Shown here piece after piece: positions 27,146-37,597 of a stretch of 64,000 bases of DNA. Origin of the DNA: a virus; the IMG/VR virus record IMGVR_UViG_3300037606_000137, positions 46,381-110,380 of that record; one strand, given 5' to 3'. The notes under the pieces were generated by a model. The model had not been told where the DNA came from and ran no database searches. It saw nothing but the letters and a program-made list of their open reading frames with translations. Numbering within the stretch: the first letter of the stretch is position 1; each line of letters opens with the position of its first letter. A program made the translations under genes and the position numbers.

Positions 27146-28636
27146 ATGAAATTAAAATTTGAACCATATTATAATAAGTTGAGTGAAAATATTGCTATAT
27201 CTACTGGATATTTTGAACCGACACATGATGAAATTAATTGGAATGAACATGTAAATTTACCATGTACACCAATTAATTTTTTAAGAGAATGTAATGATAT
27301 TCATAAACCAGCAATATTAATATCTACTGGAGCACATTGTCCAATGCATAAAGGACACATTAGTATTATGACTAATGCCAAAAAATCTGTTGAACAAGCT
27401 GGATATACAGTGATTGGTGGTTATTTATCTCCAGGTCATGATGAATATATTAATCAAAAATTAGGTAATGATGCAATGAACATTTCAAAACGTATGCAAT
27501 GGGCAAATAATTTACTTAATGAAAATAAAAATAATAATTGGTTAGCCATTGATCCATGGGAAGGAGTTTTTGCACCTGGTGCTGTAAATTTCACATCTGT
27601 TGTATATAGATTACAATTGTATATTAAAAAGTTTTACAAACATGCTGAAAATGTAAAAATATTTTTTGTATGTGGTGATGATAATGCGAGATTTATGGTA
27701 CCATTTGAAAATACTGATATAGGTACTGTAATAGCAACACGTCCCAATTATGAAGAAATAAGATTACAATATAAAAATGTATCAACTACAAATAATGTAA
27801 TTTTTGCTGATAGTGGTATAAATACATCTTCTACAGAAGTTCGTAAAAGTAAAGAATATACAGATTTCAAAAATACAAAAGATGTTCAAGCTATTGTTAG
27901 ATTAAAATACGATAGTACAAATCATACAATTTTAAATATATTAAGAGAATATTATTCTAATGTTTGGCCACAATATATAGATAAACAAATTACATCTTTA
28001 AAATTCACAGATTTTAAATATCCAATTATTAATATGGATAGTGAAATTGATTTGGGTACAAAATTAGAAATTTCAAGATTGTATGATAATTTTGGACAAA
28101 AACAATTAGGTTATACAAATAGACCAGGTTCTAAAGATTTAGAAACACAATTTTATGATATTAATAGTCAAGATATAAAAGAATATTATTTATTCGATGA
28201 TGATATTTTTACAGGATCTACAATGAAATATGTTGAAAAATGTTTATCTAATTTTAATATTTTAATTAAAGGCCGATTAAGTTTTATATCTGGAAATACT
28301 GAACACGAAGTTGTAGACATAAAAGATTTTTTAATGTATGATGGTGGTGGATTAGTTACTAAAATCGATAATGAATTAGTACGTATACCATACATTTATC
28401 CTTTTGTTGATCCATCAACTAGAGCAAGTATTAAAAATCCATTACAGTTCTCTATTGATATGTGGAAACAATCAGAAAATTATTATTATAATGTACTTAC
28501 ACCACCAATATTAATTGGTGAACATGAACATCTTAGATATTTAATACAATTGGGATTTAATGCTAATACATCAATGCAAGAAGTGTGTGCATATTATTAT
28601 ACATTTCTAACAAAAATAAAAAATTACGAATTATGA
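27146..28636 (+). CDS. NMNAT-like nucleotidylyltransferase fused to a PRTase-like domain
   Basis: TGAHCPMHKGH, GGYLSPGHDEY, VCGDD and SSTEVR; C-terminal LFDDDIFTGSTM resembles the PRPP-binding loop. Start taken at 27146. Confidence 0.8.
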   Translation: MKLKFEPYYNKLSENIAISTGYFEPTHDEINWNEHVNLPCTPINFLRECNDIHKPAILISTGAHCPMHKGHISIMTNAKKSVEQAGYTVIGGYLSPGHDEYINQKLGNDAMNISKRMQWANNLLNENKNNNWLAIDPWEGVFAPGAVNFTSVVYRLQLYIKKFYKHAENVKIFFVCGDDNARFMVPFENTDIGTVIATRPNYEEIRLQYKNVSTTNNVIFADSGINTSSTEVRKSKEYTDFKNTKDVQAIVRLKYDSTNHTILNILREYYSNVWPQYIDKQITSLKFTDFKYPIINMDSEIDLGTKLEISRLYDNFGQKQLGYTNRPGSKDLETQFYDINSQDIKEYYLFDDDIFTGSTMKYVEKCLSNFNILIKGRLSFISGNTEHEVVDIKDFLMYDGGGLVTKIDNELVRIPYIYPFVDPSTRASIKNPLQFSIDMWKQSENYYYNVLTPPILIGEHEHLRYLIQLGFNANTSMQEVCAYYYTFLTKIKNYEL

Positions 28637-29343
28637 ATTTAATAGAAAAATATAAAAAAGATCCTAATGTATTAAACATATATCAATTTGGTTCTTTCGT
28701 TTATGGTACAAATTCAATAAATTCTGATATAGATTTAATTTTAATAGTTAATGAATATTTTGATTCAGAAAATATTGATGTACACGTTTATACCGTTAAA
28801 GAATTTGAATTATCTTTACAATTGCATGATATTCAATCTATTGAATGTGTATCAGCAGACTATAATTTTTGTTATAAAAAATCAATTAATTTTGAAATAC
28901 CTAAAATTGATTTACAACAATTACGTAAATCGATTTCAACTATTTGTAATAATAGTTATGTTAAGGGTAAAAAGAAATTGATTGTTGCTGGTGATTACGA
29001 TATGTATATTGCAATTAAATCTGTTTTTCATTCATTACGTATTTATGATTATGGTTATCAAATTGCATTGTATGGACATATATACAATTTCGGTTCAGTT
29101 AATTATATTTGGGATGATTTATTAAAACTATCAGAAAAATATAAAAGAGTAGAATTATGGAATCAAATTGAATCTAAATACAAAAAAACATTTAATGAAT
29201 TTGCAACTAAATTTAAAAAAGTTGCACCTAAAGATTTAGATGAAAACGATAAAAGAAAACAATTGGAAAATTTGTTGATAAATACATTTGGAGAATTAAA
29301 TGATACATTAAAATATAGTATTTTATCTATATTTGAAAAATAA
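28633..29343 (+). CDS. Pol-beta-family nucleotidyltransferase
   Basis: FGSFVYGTNSINSDIDLI (GS...DxD). Start taken at 28633. Confidence 0.8.
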   Translation: MNLIEKYKKDPNVLNIYQFGSFVYGTNSINSDIDLILIVNEYFDSENIDVHVYTVKEFELSLQLHDIQSIECVSADYNFCYKKSINFEIPKIDLQQLRKSISTICNNSYVKGKKKLIVAGDYDMYIAIKSVFHSLRIYDYGYQIALYGHIYNFGSVNYIWDDLLKLSEKYKRVELWNQIESKYKKTFNEFATKFKKVAPKDLDENDKRKQLENLLINTFGELNDTLKYSILSIFEK

Positions 29344-29360
29344 ATAATATAATTGTAAAT

Positions 29361-29717
29361 ATGAATATATCATCAAACATTATTATCGGATTACAATATG
29401 CAAAATTTTGTAATTTTTATAATAACTTACGTACATATACATTAGAATTAAATAATGTATATCCAAATACTAATGACGAGTTATTAATCGCGTTGTGTAT
29501 ACATATAATTAAAGTAAATAATAAAGAATTACTAGAACATGTATACTTTACAAGTAATAAAAACGGTATTCGTAAATATACATATACTATAAATAAAGAA
29601 AATGATAATCCATTATGGGTTGATTGTGATTACGATTTAGAATTGAATGATATAAAAGAATATATTTCACTTCAACCAAATATTCACAATTTAGATTATT
29701 TTTATAAAAATGTGTAA
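29361..29717 (+). CDS. Hypothetical protein
   Basis: ORF in a co-oriented run. Confidence 0.5.
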   Translation: MNISSNIIIGLQYAKFCNFYNNLRTYTLELNNVYPNTNDELLIALCIHIIKVNNKELLEHVYFTSNKNGIRKYTYTINKENDNPLWVDCDYDLELNDIKEYISLQPNIHNLDYFYKNV

Positions 29718-30627
29718 TAATGAAAGTTTTTGATTTACTTAAAAATGTTAAAACCACATTGGTTTGAAGATATAAATAAATTATGAATCAGATATTGATA
29801 TGCCTTTTATTGCAGTTTGTGTTATTTATACCATTTTATTTTATTTGGAAAAACGACTGCAAAAAAATAGGTAAAGACAACTTAGCAGTAAGTTTGGCAG
29901 AAAGATTCTTTTATTGGTTACTTTTTTTCCCAATTTGGTTAACTGGGATGGTATCGTAACTATGGATGCTAAAAAATTATAAAGATTTGTGACCAAAAGT
30001 TTATATAAACTCAAGGTTATTGTCATGTTTCAAATAATTTATTAAAAAATATTCAATTACCAGTATAAATATCAAATATTATTATTATATTTGTGTAAAT
30101 TAAATATAGAAAATGAATAGAACAAAATTAAATTGGTTGAAAGTATTACGTTTCTTCTTTGGTCCTAAATATAAACCATACAAACCATCATTATTAAAAA
30201 TACAAAAAAGTGTTGATCCAAATGGTAATGATTTAGATGCTAATGATTTAATGTTTGCTAAAAACAAATTAAAAGGCATTAATGCACTTACAGTCGATAG
30301 AAATGTATGTCATTATGACTATGTTAAAAACACTTGTAGATGTGGTATAACATTACAAAAATTAAAAAAAGATGAAAATTGTCCATTAAAATAATAATAG
30401 TATGGAATTATTAAAATATATATTTTGGAAAAAACATGTTTGTGTTTTTTTTAACCCATTAGCATCAAGATATGTTTCTTTTAATTGTAGAGATATAGCT
30501 TATTCATGCACATGTGGTAAAAAAACTATAAAAAGAGTACATGCATATCAAGATCAAGCTTTTCCTATTGAAACTAATATGTTAATGAGTACAAAAGAAC
30601 TTGAAAATATAGCTAAAAATTAATAGT

Positions 30628-30965
30628 ATGCTGATTAAAAAAGAACACATAGAACAACATTTTATTATAAATAGAGATTGGAAAGCTTTATTTATTTCAA
30701 AATTTCCTAATTGGACAAATGAAACGTGGGAACGAGATGTTTTATCAATTTTTGAAGCAAATGGGTACCGTTATGATATTCAAATAATCCAAATTCTAAA
30801 TTGTATACTGCTGTTAAATGTATTGATTTATATGGTCCAATAACAGAAGAAAATGATGATGGTTTTGTAATTGGTCTAGGTGATGTAAATATTTCTAGTG
30901 CAATACAACAATTATTAATAATGGTTATATGTGATTTTTTAGTTGATTTTAATACATTTAAATAA
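30628..30965 (+). pseudogene. Frameshifted small gene (or sequencing error)
   Basis: After about 30780 another frame reads SNNPNSKLYTAVKCIDLYGPITEENDDGFVIGLGD... to a TAA at 30963..30965 that overlaps the next ATG (TAATG). Confidence 0.6.
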
Positions 30966-31651
30966 TGAAAGAGTATAAAGATATAATAGTATTAGAAAAT
31001 GATATTGAACATATTGGTTTGAATCGTTTTTTAGGAATGGTTTTAAAAAATGAAACCGTAAATGTTGACATGTTTTGGGATTTTTCATCTACATTTCATT
31101 ATGAAAGAGAAAAATCCTTTGAAAGATTAAAAGCTATCAATTCAGATACATTAGTTTTAACTAATCCATCATTTGTTGGTTCTGATAATTCATTTAGTGG
31201 TTATCTTGGATTATTTCTTTTATTAAAACAAATGAATATTAAATTAGACGTTGCTATTATTTATTATGATGGTTTTTTTAAATATTTAATTGATTTTATG
31301 TATGGTGAATCAAATTATTTAAAAAATCAAAATAATCATAGAATGTTGCAAGAAGTTTTAGAATTTCATACAATTTATGAAATTGATTTTAATAATGTTA
31401 ATTTAAATAATGGTACTATTAAAAATTCAAGTAAACTAATTACTTGGGATAATTTAAATAGTTATTATTTTGAAACACATCGTAAATTACCTAAAACGAT
31501 GATGCGAGTTAAAGCAACAGGTGAAGTATATCATTTAATTTATATAAATAAACATGTAAATAATTTAGAAGATATGGAATTTGAATTACTTATAAGTGAA
31601 ACACCATTTAAATCTGAAAAATACACATTAAATCAAATCGAAAAAATATAA
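30965..31651 (+). CDS. Hypothetical protein
   Basis: 228-aa ORF. Confidence 0.6.
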   Translation: MKEYKDIIVLENDIEHIGLNRFLGMVLKNETVNVDMFWDFSSTFHYEREKSFERLKAINSDTLVLTNPSFVGSDNSFSGYLGLFLLLKQMNIKLDVAIIYYDGFFKYLIDFMYGESNYLKNQNNHRMLQEVLEFHTIYEIDFNNVNLNNGTIKNSSKLITWDNLNSYYFETHRKLPKTMMRVKATGEVYHLIYINKHVNNLEDMEFELLISETPFKSEKYTLNQIEKI

Positions 31652-31862
31652 TTATGACAAATAAAGAAGCAGGACAAGACGCATACCACGAAGCAAGAGC
31701 TTTTGGTCACTCAAAAAGTGAAGCACAATCCATTAGAAACAATTGGAAATATTCAAAAAATGATACTCGTAGTAATTCAAATCATTGAGATGATTCAGAC
31801 GATTATGTGAATGATTCAGAACCATATTCACAAGATTGTATTGATGATTAAATAAAACAAAT

Positions 31863-32234
31863 ATGAAACATGCATCAATTTCAAATATACCAAACAATCC
31901 TAAAGAAATTTTAGATTATGCATTAACTAAATGTTTCGATTCTTGGGTAGATGAAAAAGGAACTAAAGATAATCCGGGTATATTTCAACGAAAATTAAGT
32001 AAATTAACACACGATGAAGCGTTTGATATAATACAAAATAATAAACCACATTGGGTATTTATATTTAGAAATCTTTCAAGTATATCAAAATCCAAAAAAG
32101 ATTATTGGGATATTGGTGGTTGTAATATTGGTAGTAATAATTATGGTGAAGTATTTATATGGATTCATGTTACTGTTGAAGATGCAGAATTATTATTTAA
32201 AAAATTTAATCTTAATATAAAAGAACATGGTTAA
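31863..32234 (+). CDS. Hypothetical protein
   Basis: 123-aa ORF. Confidence 0.55.
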   Translation: MKHASISNIPNNPKEILDYALTKCFDSWVDEKGTKDNPGIFQRKLSKLTHDEAFDIIQNNKPHWVFIFRNLSSISKSKKDYWDIGGCNIGSNNYGEVFIWIHVTVEDAELLFKKFNLNIKEHG

Positions 32235-32309
32235 AAGTAAAAAAATAAATCAAAATAATTTTTTTATTGATTTATTATAGCTATATTTGTTAAGACAAAA
32301 AAATTATAT

Positions 32310-34241
32310 ATGGCAAATTCATTAGATTTAACAAAATTAACAACTGACGAGGGTTTATATCTTAGAGCAAAAGCAACATATGCTATTGGTCAACCTATTA
32401 TTGATGATGTTGAATTTGATATTTTAGAAGAACATTTAAGACAACAAGATTCGTTTGTTGTTGATATTGTTGGAGCAATTAAAATCAAAGGAAATAAAGT
32501 ATCAATTTCTAAAGGAAAGAAATTGTTTATTGCACATACAACACCAATGGGTTCATTGGCAAAAATTCAGTTCAAGCCTGGTTATGTTCCACATCCAGAA
32601 TTTTCACATTGGTTAACATCAAATGTTTTATCTAATACTGATCCTGTTTTAGAATTTGGTCCTAAGTTAGATGGTAATGCAATTAATATTACGTATGATA
32701 ATGGACAATTAAAATCTGTTACATCAAGAGGTGATGGTATTGAGGGACAAGATTACACAAAATGTTATCCATCAAATATACCTAAATACATTAAAGGTTT
32801 TACAGGCGAAATTAGAGGTGAAGCAGTTATGGATGTTTATGTGTTTGATAATACATATGGACCTGATTCAAATGCTGTAAAGAAATATGCAAATGCTCGT
32901 AATATTGTAGCAAGTGGTTTAACTAAAGGTGATCCATCAATGATTGCTGATATTGATTTTATTGCATTTCAAATTGTAGATTTTACTGGAGACACAAATA
33001 CACAATTAATTAAATGGGGATTTGATACATTAAATTTCTTAAAAACATATGCTTCATCACAAATGAATTTATTTGTATTTGAAAAAATGTATGCTGAATT
33101 TAAATACTATCGAGAAAATTGTAAATACCAATTAGATGGTATTGTTTGTAAAATTGAAGAAGAATATAGAGATGCAATCGGTGGTAATTCACATCACCCA
33201 TATTGGGCATTAGCAATTAAGTTTGAAACTAAAGAAGTTTATACAACTATTGTTAGTATTGAATGGTCATTAGGTAAACGTGGTCAATTAGCACCTGTTG
33301 CAATTTTAGCACCTGTTAATTTATTAGGTTCTGTTGTACAAAGAGCATCAGTATATAATGCGGATTGGATGTTGAAAAACAAATGTTATCCAGGTGCAAC
33401 AGTTTCATTGATTAAATCAGGAGACATTATACCAAAAATTGTTGCTATTACAATAGAATCTACAGAAGTATTTGAATTACCTACTGTATGGAATGGTAAT
33501 TCAGTTTCTTTTGATGGTGTTCAGTTGATGGTTGATGATTTTGAGCAAACGGATGCGTTTAAATCACTTCAATTACACAATTCAATTGTTGCACTAGGTA
33601 TTGAAGGAATCGGTCCAGCAACAGCATCTAAATTGCAAGATGCTGGACAAACACTTATTTCTTTATTAAGTACTAATCCTGACGGATTGAGAATGGAATT
33701 ATTGAAGTCTGATGTATTTAAAGATGGTCGGGACCTTGAAATTTTAGTTGAGAATGTATTTGCATTAACTAAAACAGAATTGTGGAAAGTTATTTATGCA
33801 ATGAATTATAGAAATTGTGGTAAAACAATTTCAAAACAATTAGGAAATTGGATGGCTAAAATTCCTTTTGATTTTAAAGGTTTAGAAAAAGCTGTTGTTG
33901 AAGCATTCATTATGGATATTGATAAACAAGATGAGGTTAAACATTTAGTTGGTATTTTATTAGCAAATAATGTTAATATAATTAAACCAGAAGCACCTAA
34001 AGCAGGAATCATTACTTATTGTATGACTGGTTCTCCAAGTAGCGGTCATGCAACTAAAAAAGACTATTCAAGAGACGTTGAATCAAGTGGTAAATGTATT
34101 GAATCATCTTTGACAAAGGAAACACATTATTTAGTTGCTGAATCATTAGCTGGAATGACAACAAAAATGCAAAAAGCTGAAAAGAATGGTACAAAAATAA
34201 TTTGTTATTCAGATTTTTTAGATTTAATTAAATCATTATAA
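32310..34241 (+). CDS. ligA: NAD-dependent DNA ligase
   Basis: PKLDGNA (KxDG), SRGDG, EIRGE, DGIVCK, ALAIKF, SGDIIPKI, HhH motif GIEGIG and a C-terminal BRCT-like domain. Confidence 0.95.
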   Translation: MANSLDLTKLTTDEGLYLRAKATYAIGQPIIDDVEFDILEEHLRQQDSFVVDIVGAIKIKGNKVSISKGKKLFIAHTTPMGSLAKIQFKPGYVPHPEFSHWLTSNVLSNTDPVLEFGPKLDGNAINITYDNGQLKSVTSRGDGIEGQDYTKCYPSNIPKYIKGFTGEIRGEAVMDVYVFDNTYGPDSNAVKKYANARNIVASGLTKGDPSMIADIDFIAFQIVDFTGDTNTQLIKWGFDTLNFLKTYASSQMNLFVFEKMYAEFKYYRENCKYQLDGIVCKIEEEYRDAIGGNSHHPYWALAIKFETKEVYTTIVSIEWSLGKRGQLAPVAILAPVNLLGSVVQRASVYNADWMLKNKCYPGATVSLIKSGDIIPKIVAITIESTEVFELPTVWNGNSVSFDGVQLMVDDFEQTDAFKSLQLHNSIVALGIEGIGPATASKLQDAGQTLISLLSTNPDGLRMELLKSDVFKDGRDLEILVENVFALTKTELWKVIYAMNYRNCGKTISKQLGNWMAKIPFDFKGLEKAVVEAFIMDIDKQDEVKHLVGILLANNVNIIKPEAPKAGIITYCMTGSPSSGHATKKDYSRDVESSGKCIESSLTKETHYLVAESLAGMTTKMQKAEKNGTKIICYSDFLDLIKSL

Positions 34242-34243
34242 TT

Positions 34244-34630
34244 ATGAAAATTAAAGCATCAAGATTCGATTTAATAGATATATTAACATATCCAATATTT
34301 TTTAATATATCTCTTATAATTATATTGCTATCGTTAGGAACATTTAATATATTATTTGGGTGGATGCATATAAAATGTGTAGGGAAATATACGGTTTTAT
34401 ACATAAATAAAAAAAAATATTTTGAAACATTACGAGATGTAATTTCTGCATGGTTATTATTATTTATAAATAGTTGGTATTGGAATATTAATTATTCACG
34501 GTTTCTTGTAGATTATTTAATGTTTGTATTGTGGCCATATTATGAAAAAGATTCTGATTTATATAATCGTGAACTTAATGATTTTTGTACAAGTATGATT
34601 AATAGAAAAAATATAAGAAAAAACAAATAA
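34244..34630 (+). CDS. Hypothetical membrane protein
   Basis: Hydrophobic segments. Confidence 0.5.
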   Translation: MKIKASRFDLIDILTYPIFFNISLIIILLSLGTFNILFGWMHIKCVGKYTVLYINKKKYFETLRDVISAWLLLFINSWYWNINYSRFLVDYLMFVLWPYYEKDSDLYNRELNDFCTSMINRKNIRKNK

Positions 34631-34677
34631 AATAAAATATTTGATAAACAAAAATCAGAATAATTCATATAATATTT

Positions 34678-35811
34678 ATGAAATATTCTGATTTTTTACA
34701 TTTAGAAGATAAATTGAAAGAACAAACTTTTAATACTTCTTATAAAACTATAAATACATTATTAACTGTATTTTCATATTTAGGAAATTTAATTTCCATA
34801 TTTTTAGCATTTTTCTTTTTATTTAGTATTATATCTATTGGTATTTCTAATATTTATATTAGTGGTGGTGTAAGTATATTATTATTAATTGGTTTAGAAT
34901 TATTTAAAAGAGATGTATTTAAAAAGTTTTCTTTTGCTATTTTAAGTAAGAAAAAAAATATACAAACATATGTATCATTATTAATTTTTAGTTTGTTATT
35001 AATATTTATGTCATTTTACTCATCATTAACTGGTGCTAAAATGTTTTCAAATAAAAATACACAAATAGAAAACACACAAGATAAATTAATTGAAAATTAT
35101 CGAGATAGTATTTACACTAAGAATTTATCAAAGAATAACATAATAGAAAAAGAAATTAATTTTTATAAAGAAAAATTAATTATTAAAGACAATGAGCAGT
35201 TTGAGATTAATAAAAAATTACAAAGTAATGCAACATTATCAAGATCCGAAAAAGATCGTAATGTACAATTAACAAATGAAAAAACAGAAATTAATTCATT
35301 TATATTAAAAAACGAATTATTATTAAATAATAATTCAAAGTATCAAGATTCATTAATAACTAATTATACGGTACAAATTAAAGATAAATCAAAAACTGAA
35401 ATATTAAAAAATTCAAATGATTCAATAATATTTATTTTATTATCAACAATTATTGAATTTGTTATTTTATTTGGTGTATTTTTTAATGTTTACTTTTTAA
35501 ATAAATCATATACAGAATATAAAAAGAATATACAATATGATCCAATATTTCAAAAGTGGTATTTATATAATGAAGTATTAAATATTTTATATCCAAAAAA
35601 TATAAAAATAAATCAAAGAATACAAACATTAAATAGTATTATTGATATGTGTAAAATAAACAATATTTATGCAGATAAAAAAGAGATTGAATCATTTTTG
35701 AAATTGTGTAATAATATTGGAATTATTACACAAAAAGGATCATACAGATATATCATGCAACAATATGATAGCGCTTATGAATTATTAAAAACACATTTTA
35801 ACATTAAATAA
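34678..35811 (+). CDS. Multi-pass membrane protein with coiled-coil region
   Basis: Three N-terminal TM segments, a charged helical region and one further TM segment. Confidence 0.65.
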   Translation: MKYSDFLHLEDKLKEQTFNTSYKTINTLLTVFSYLGNLISIFLAFFFLFSIISIGISNIYISGGVSILLLIGLELFKRDVFKKFSFAILSKKKNIQTYVSLLIFSLLLIFMSFYSSLTGAKMFSNKNTQIENTQDKLIENYRDSIYTKNLSKNNIIEKEINFYKEKLIIKDNEQFEINKKLQSNATLSRSEKDRNVQLTNEKTEINSFILKNELLLNNNSKYQDSLITNYTVQIKDKSKTEILKNSNDSIIFILLSTIIEFVILFGVFFNVYFLNKSYTEYKKNIQYDPIFQKWYLYNEVLNILYPKNIKINQRIQTLNSIIDMCKINNIYADKKEIESFLKLCNNIGIITQKGSYRYIMQQYDSAYELLKTHFNIK

Positions 35812-36027
35812 TTATGAAAAAAATACTAGCATATATACCACTTTGGAGCTTATACAGATTTGCTCAATTAATAAATTATATAAATAATATAATTGAAAAA
35901 ACTTTTAAATTTATTGATTTATTAAATCCAATAGATAATTTTATGATGTATATATATTACATCATAATGTTACAATGTATACAACTACAAGAGTGGTCAA
36001 AATTAACTAAACCATATAATTTATAAT

Positions 36028-36951
36028 ATGTTATTAGAAATTGCTATAGGTGATGCTTACGGTCGTTCATTTGAGTTTAATTCAAATGAATTTATAAAAG
36101 AATTTAATATTGGATTAGATTATGTTTTAAGAAATGATGATGAAGAAATTAATTTATTTGGTACATATACCGATGATACACAAATGTCAATTGCTTTAGC
36201 TGAATTGTTAATAGATGATAATGCCGGATTTGATTTTAATACAATAGGTAAAAAGTTTGTAAAAACATATAAACGTGATCCACATGGTGGATATAGTAAA
36301 CGGATTTTAGCTGCGTTTGCTGAAGCATCAAACCATTTACAATCAGGTAAAAAGTTTTTTAACGCATGCCAAACAGATGTATTAATACATAGTAATGGTA
36401 GTATTATGCGTTCTGTGCCATTAGGTATCTTACCAACTGAGGGACATGTAATTAGAGCAGCACAAATGCAATCATTGGTAACACATTGTTCACATGAAGC
36501 ATCAATGGGTTCACAATTAATTGCAATAACATCTCATTATTTTTATTATAAAAAACATAAGGGAGATTTTAGTGTTAATGCATATTTAAAATATTTAGGA
36601 ACACAAAACATGTTTGAATATTATATGATTTGTGAAAATGCTTTTTATAAACATTATAAGCAGTATAAAACAATACCGTGTGATGCAAATATTACAGTAG
36701 GTGCTGTAATAAATACATTATTTTCATGTAAAACAGCACAAGAAATATTAATTTATGCTATATCTTTTAGTGGTGATGTTGATAGTATTGCTGCAATTAC
36801 ATTAGGTATTGCATCGTTAAAAGATGATATTATTATGAATTTTTCTAAAAATTTAATAATTAATTTAGAAAATAAAAAATACGGAAAAAACTATTTAATT
36901 GATTTAGATAATATTATATTCAAAAAGTATAATAGAGATATTAATTATTAA
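36028..36951 (+). CDS. ADP-ribosylglycohydrolase (DraG/ARH family)
   Basis: AIGDAYG, YTDDTQMS, SNGSIMR, VTH, GDVDSIAAI. Confidence 0.93.
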   Translation: MLLEIAIGDAYGRSFEFNSNEFIKEFNIGLDYVLRNDDEEINLFGTYTDDTQMSIALAELLIDDNAGFDFNTIGKKFVKTYKRDPHGGYSKRILAAFAEASNHLQSGKKFFNACQTDVLIHSNGSIMRSVPLGILPTEGHVIRAAQMQSLVTHCSHEASMGSQLIAITSHYFYYKKHKGDFSVNAYLKYLGTQNMFEYYMICENAFYKHYKQYKTIPCDANITVGAVINTLFSCKTAQEILIYAISFSGDVDSIAAITLGIASLKDDIIMNFSKNLIINLENKKYGKNYLIDLDNIIFKKYNRDINY

Positions 36952-36962
36952 TATATATTATT

Positions 36963-37205
36963 ATGAAAAAACATTTAACGATATTTCTTATTTTATTCTT
37001 TATTATGTATGCAATATTGTTTTGGTTCTTTTTATTAAATGGTATTTATTTAGATACATTATATGTAAAAATAGCAGTTGGTTTCACATCACATGTTGGT
37101 GTAATTTTATCTACTGTATGGTATTATTTAAATTTAAAAGGGAAATTGTTTATAGAACAATGGGATATTTTATTTAATAAAAATAAAACAAAAAATAATA
37201 AATGA
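36963..37205 (+). CDS. Small membrane protein
   Basis: Two TM segments; TAATATATA box upstream. Confidence 0.55.
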   Translation: MKKHLTIFLILFFIMYAILFWFFLLNGIYLDTLYVKIAVGFTSHVGVILSTVWYYLNLKGKLFIEQWDILFNKNKTKNNK

Positions 37206-37597
37206 TAAGTGTTATTTTAGTAGTAGTTGGAATAATATTAGTAGGTTTAGCTGGTATTAGTGAAGCAATAATGGATAAATTGATTTTTCATTACGATAAT
37301 AGTATTTTTAAATCATTTAATAATCAAAAATATTGGGATCCAGAGTTATCATGGGTTAATAAATATAAAAAAGATTTAGTAACAGAAAGATTTATGTTTT
37401 CAACAACAATATTAGTTTTTCTTACAGATGCTTGGCATTTTTTAAAATTTGTACGAACATTATTTATGTTTGTTGGCTTAGTTATAATAGGCGCAAATTC
37501 ATTATCTATATTTCATATTATTATTTTCACTATAATTGCTAGAATTGTATTTGGTGTAATTTTCGAATATTTTTTTAAACATGTTTTTAACATATGA
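37202..37597 (+). CDS. Membrane protein
   Basis: Several TM segments; SWVNKY...FLTDAWH. Confidence 0.6.
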   Translation: MISVILVVVGIILVGLAGISEAIMDKLIFHYDNSIFKSFNNQKYWDPELSWVNKYKKDLVTERFMFSTTILVFLTDAWHFLKFVRTLFMFVGLVIIGANSLSIFHIIIFTIIARIVFGVIFEYFFKHVFNI

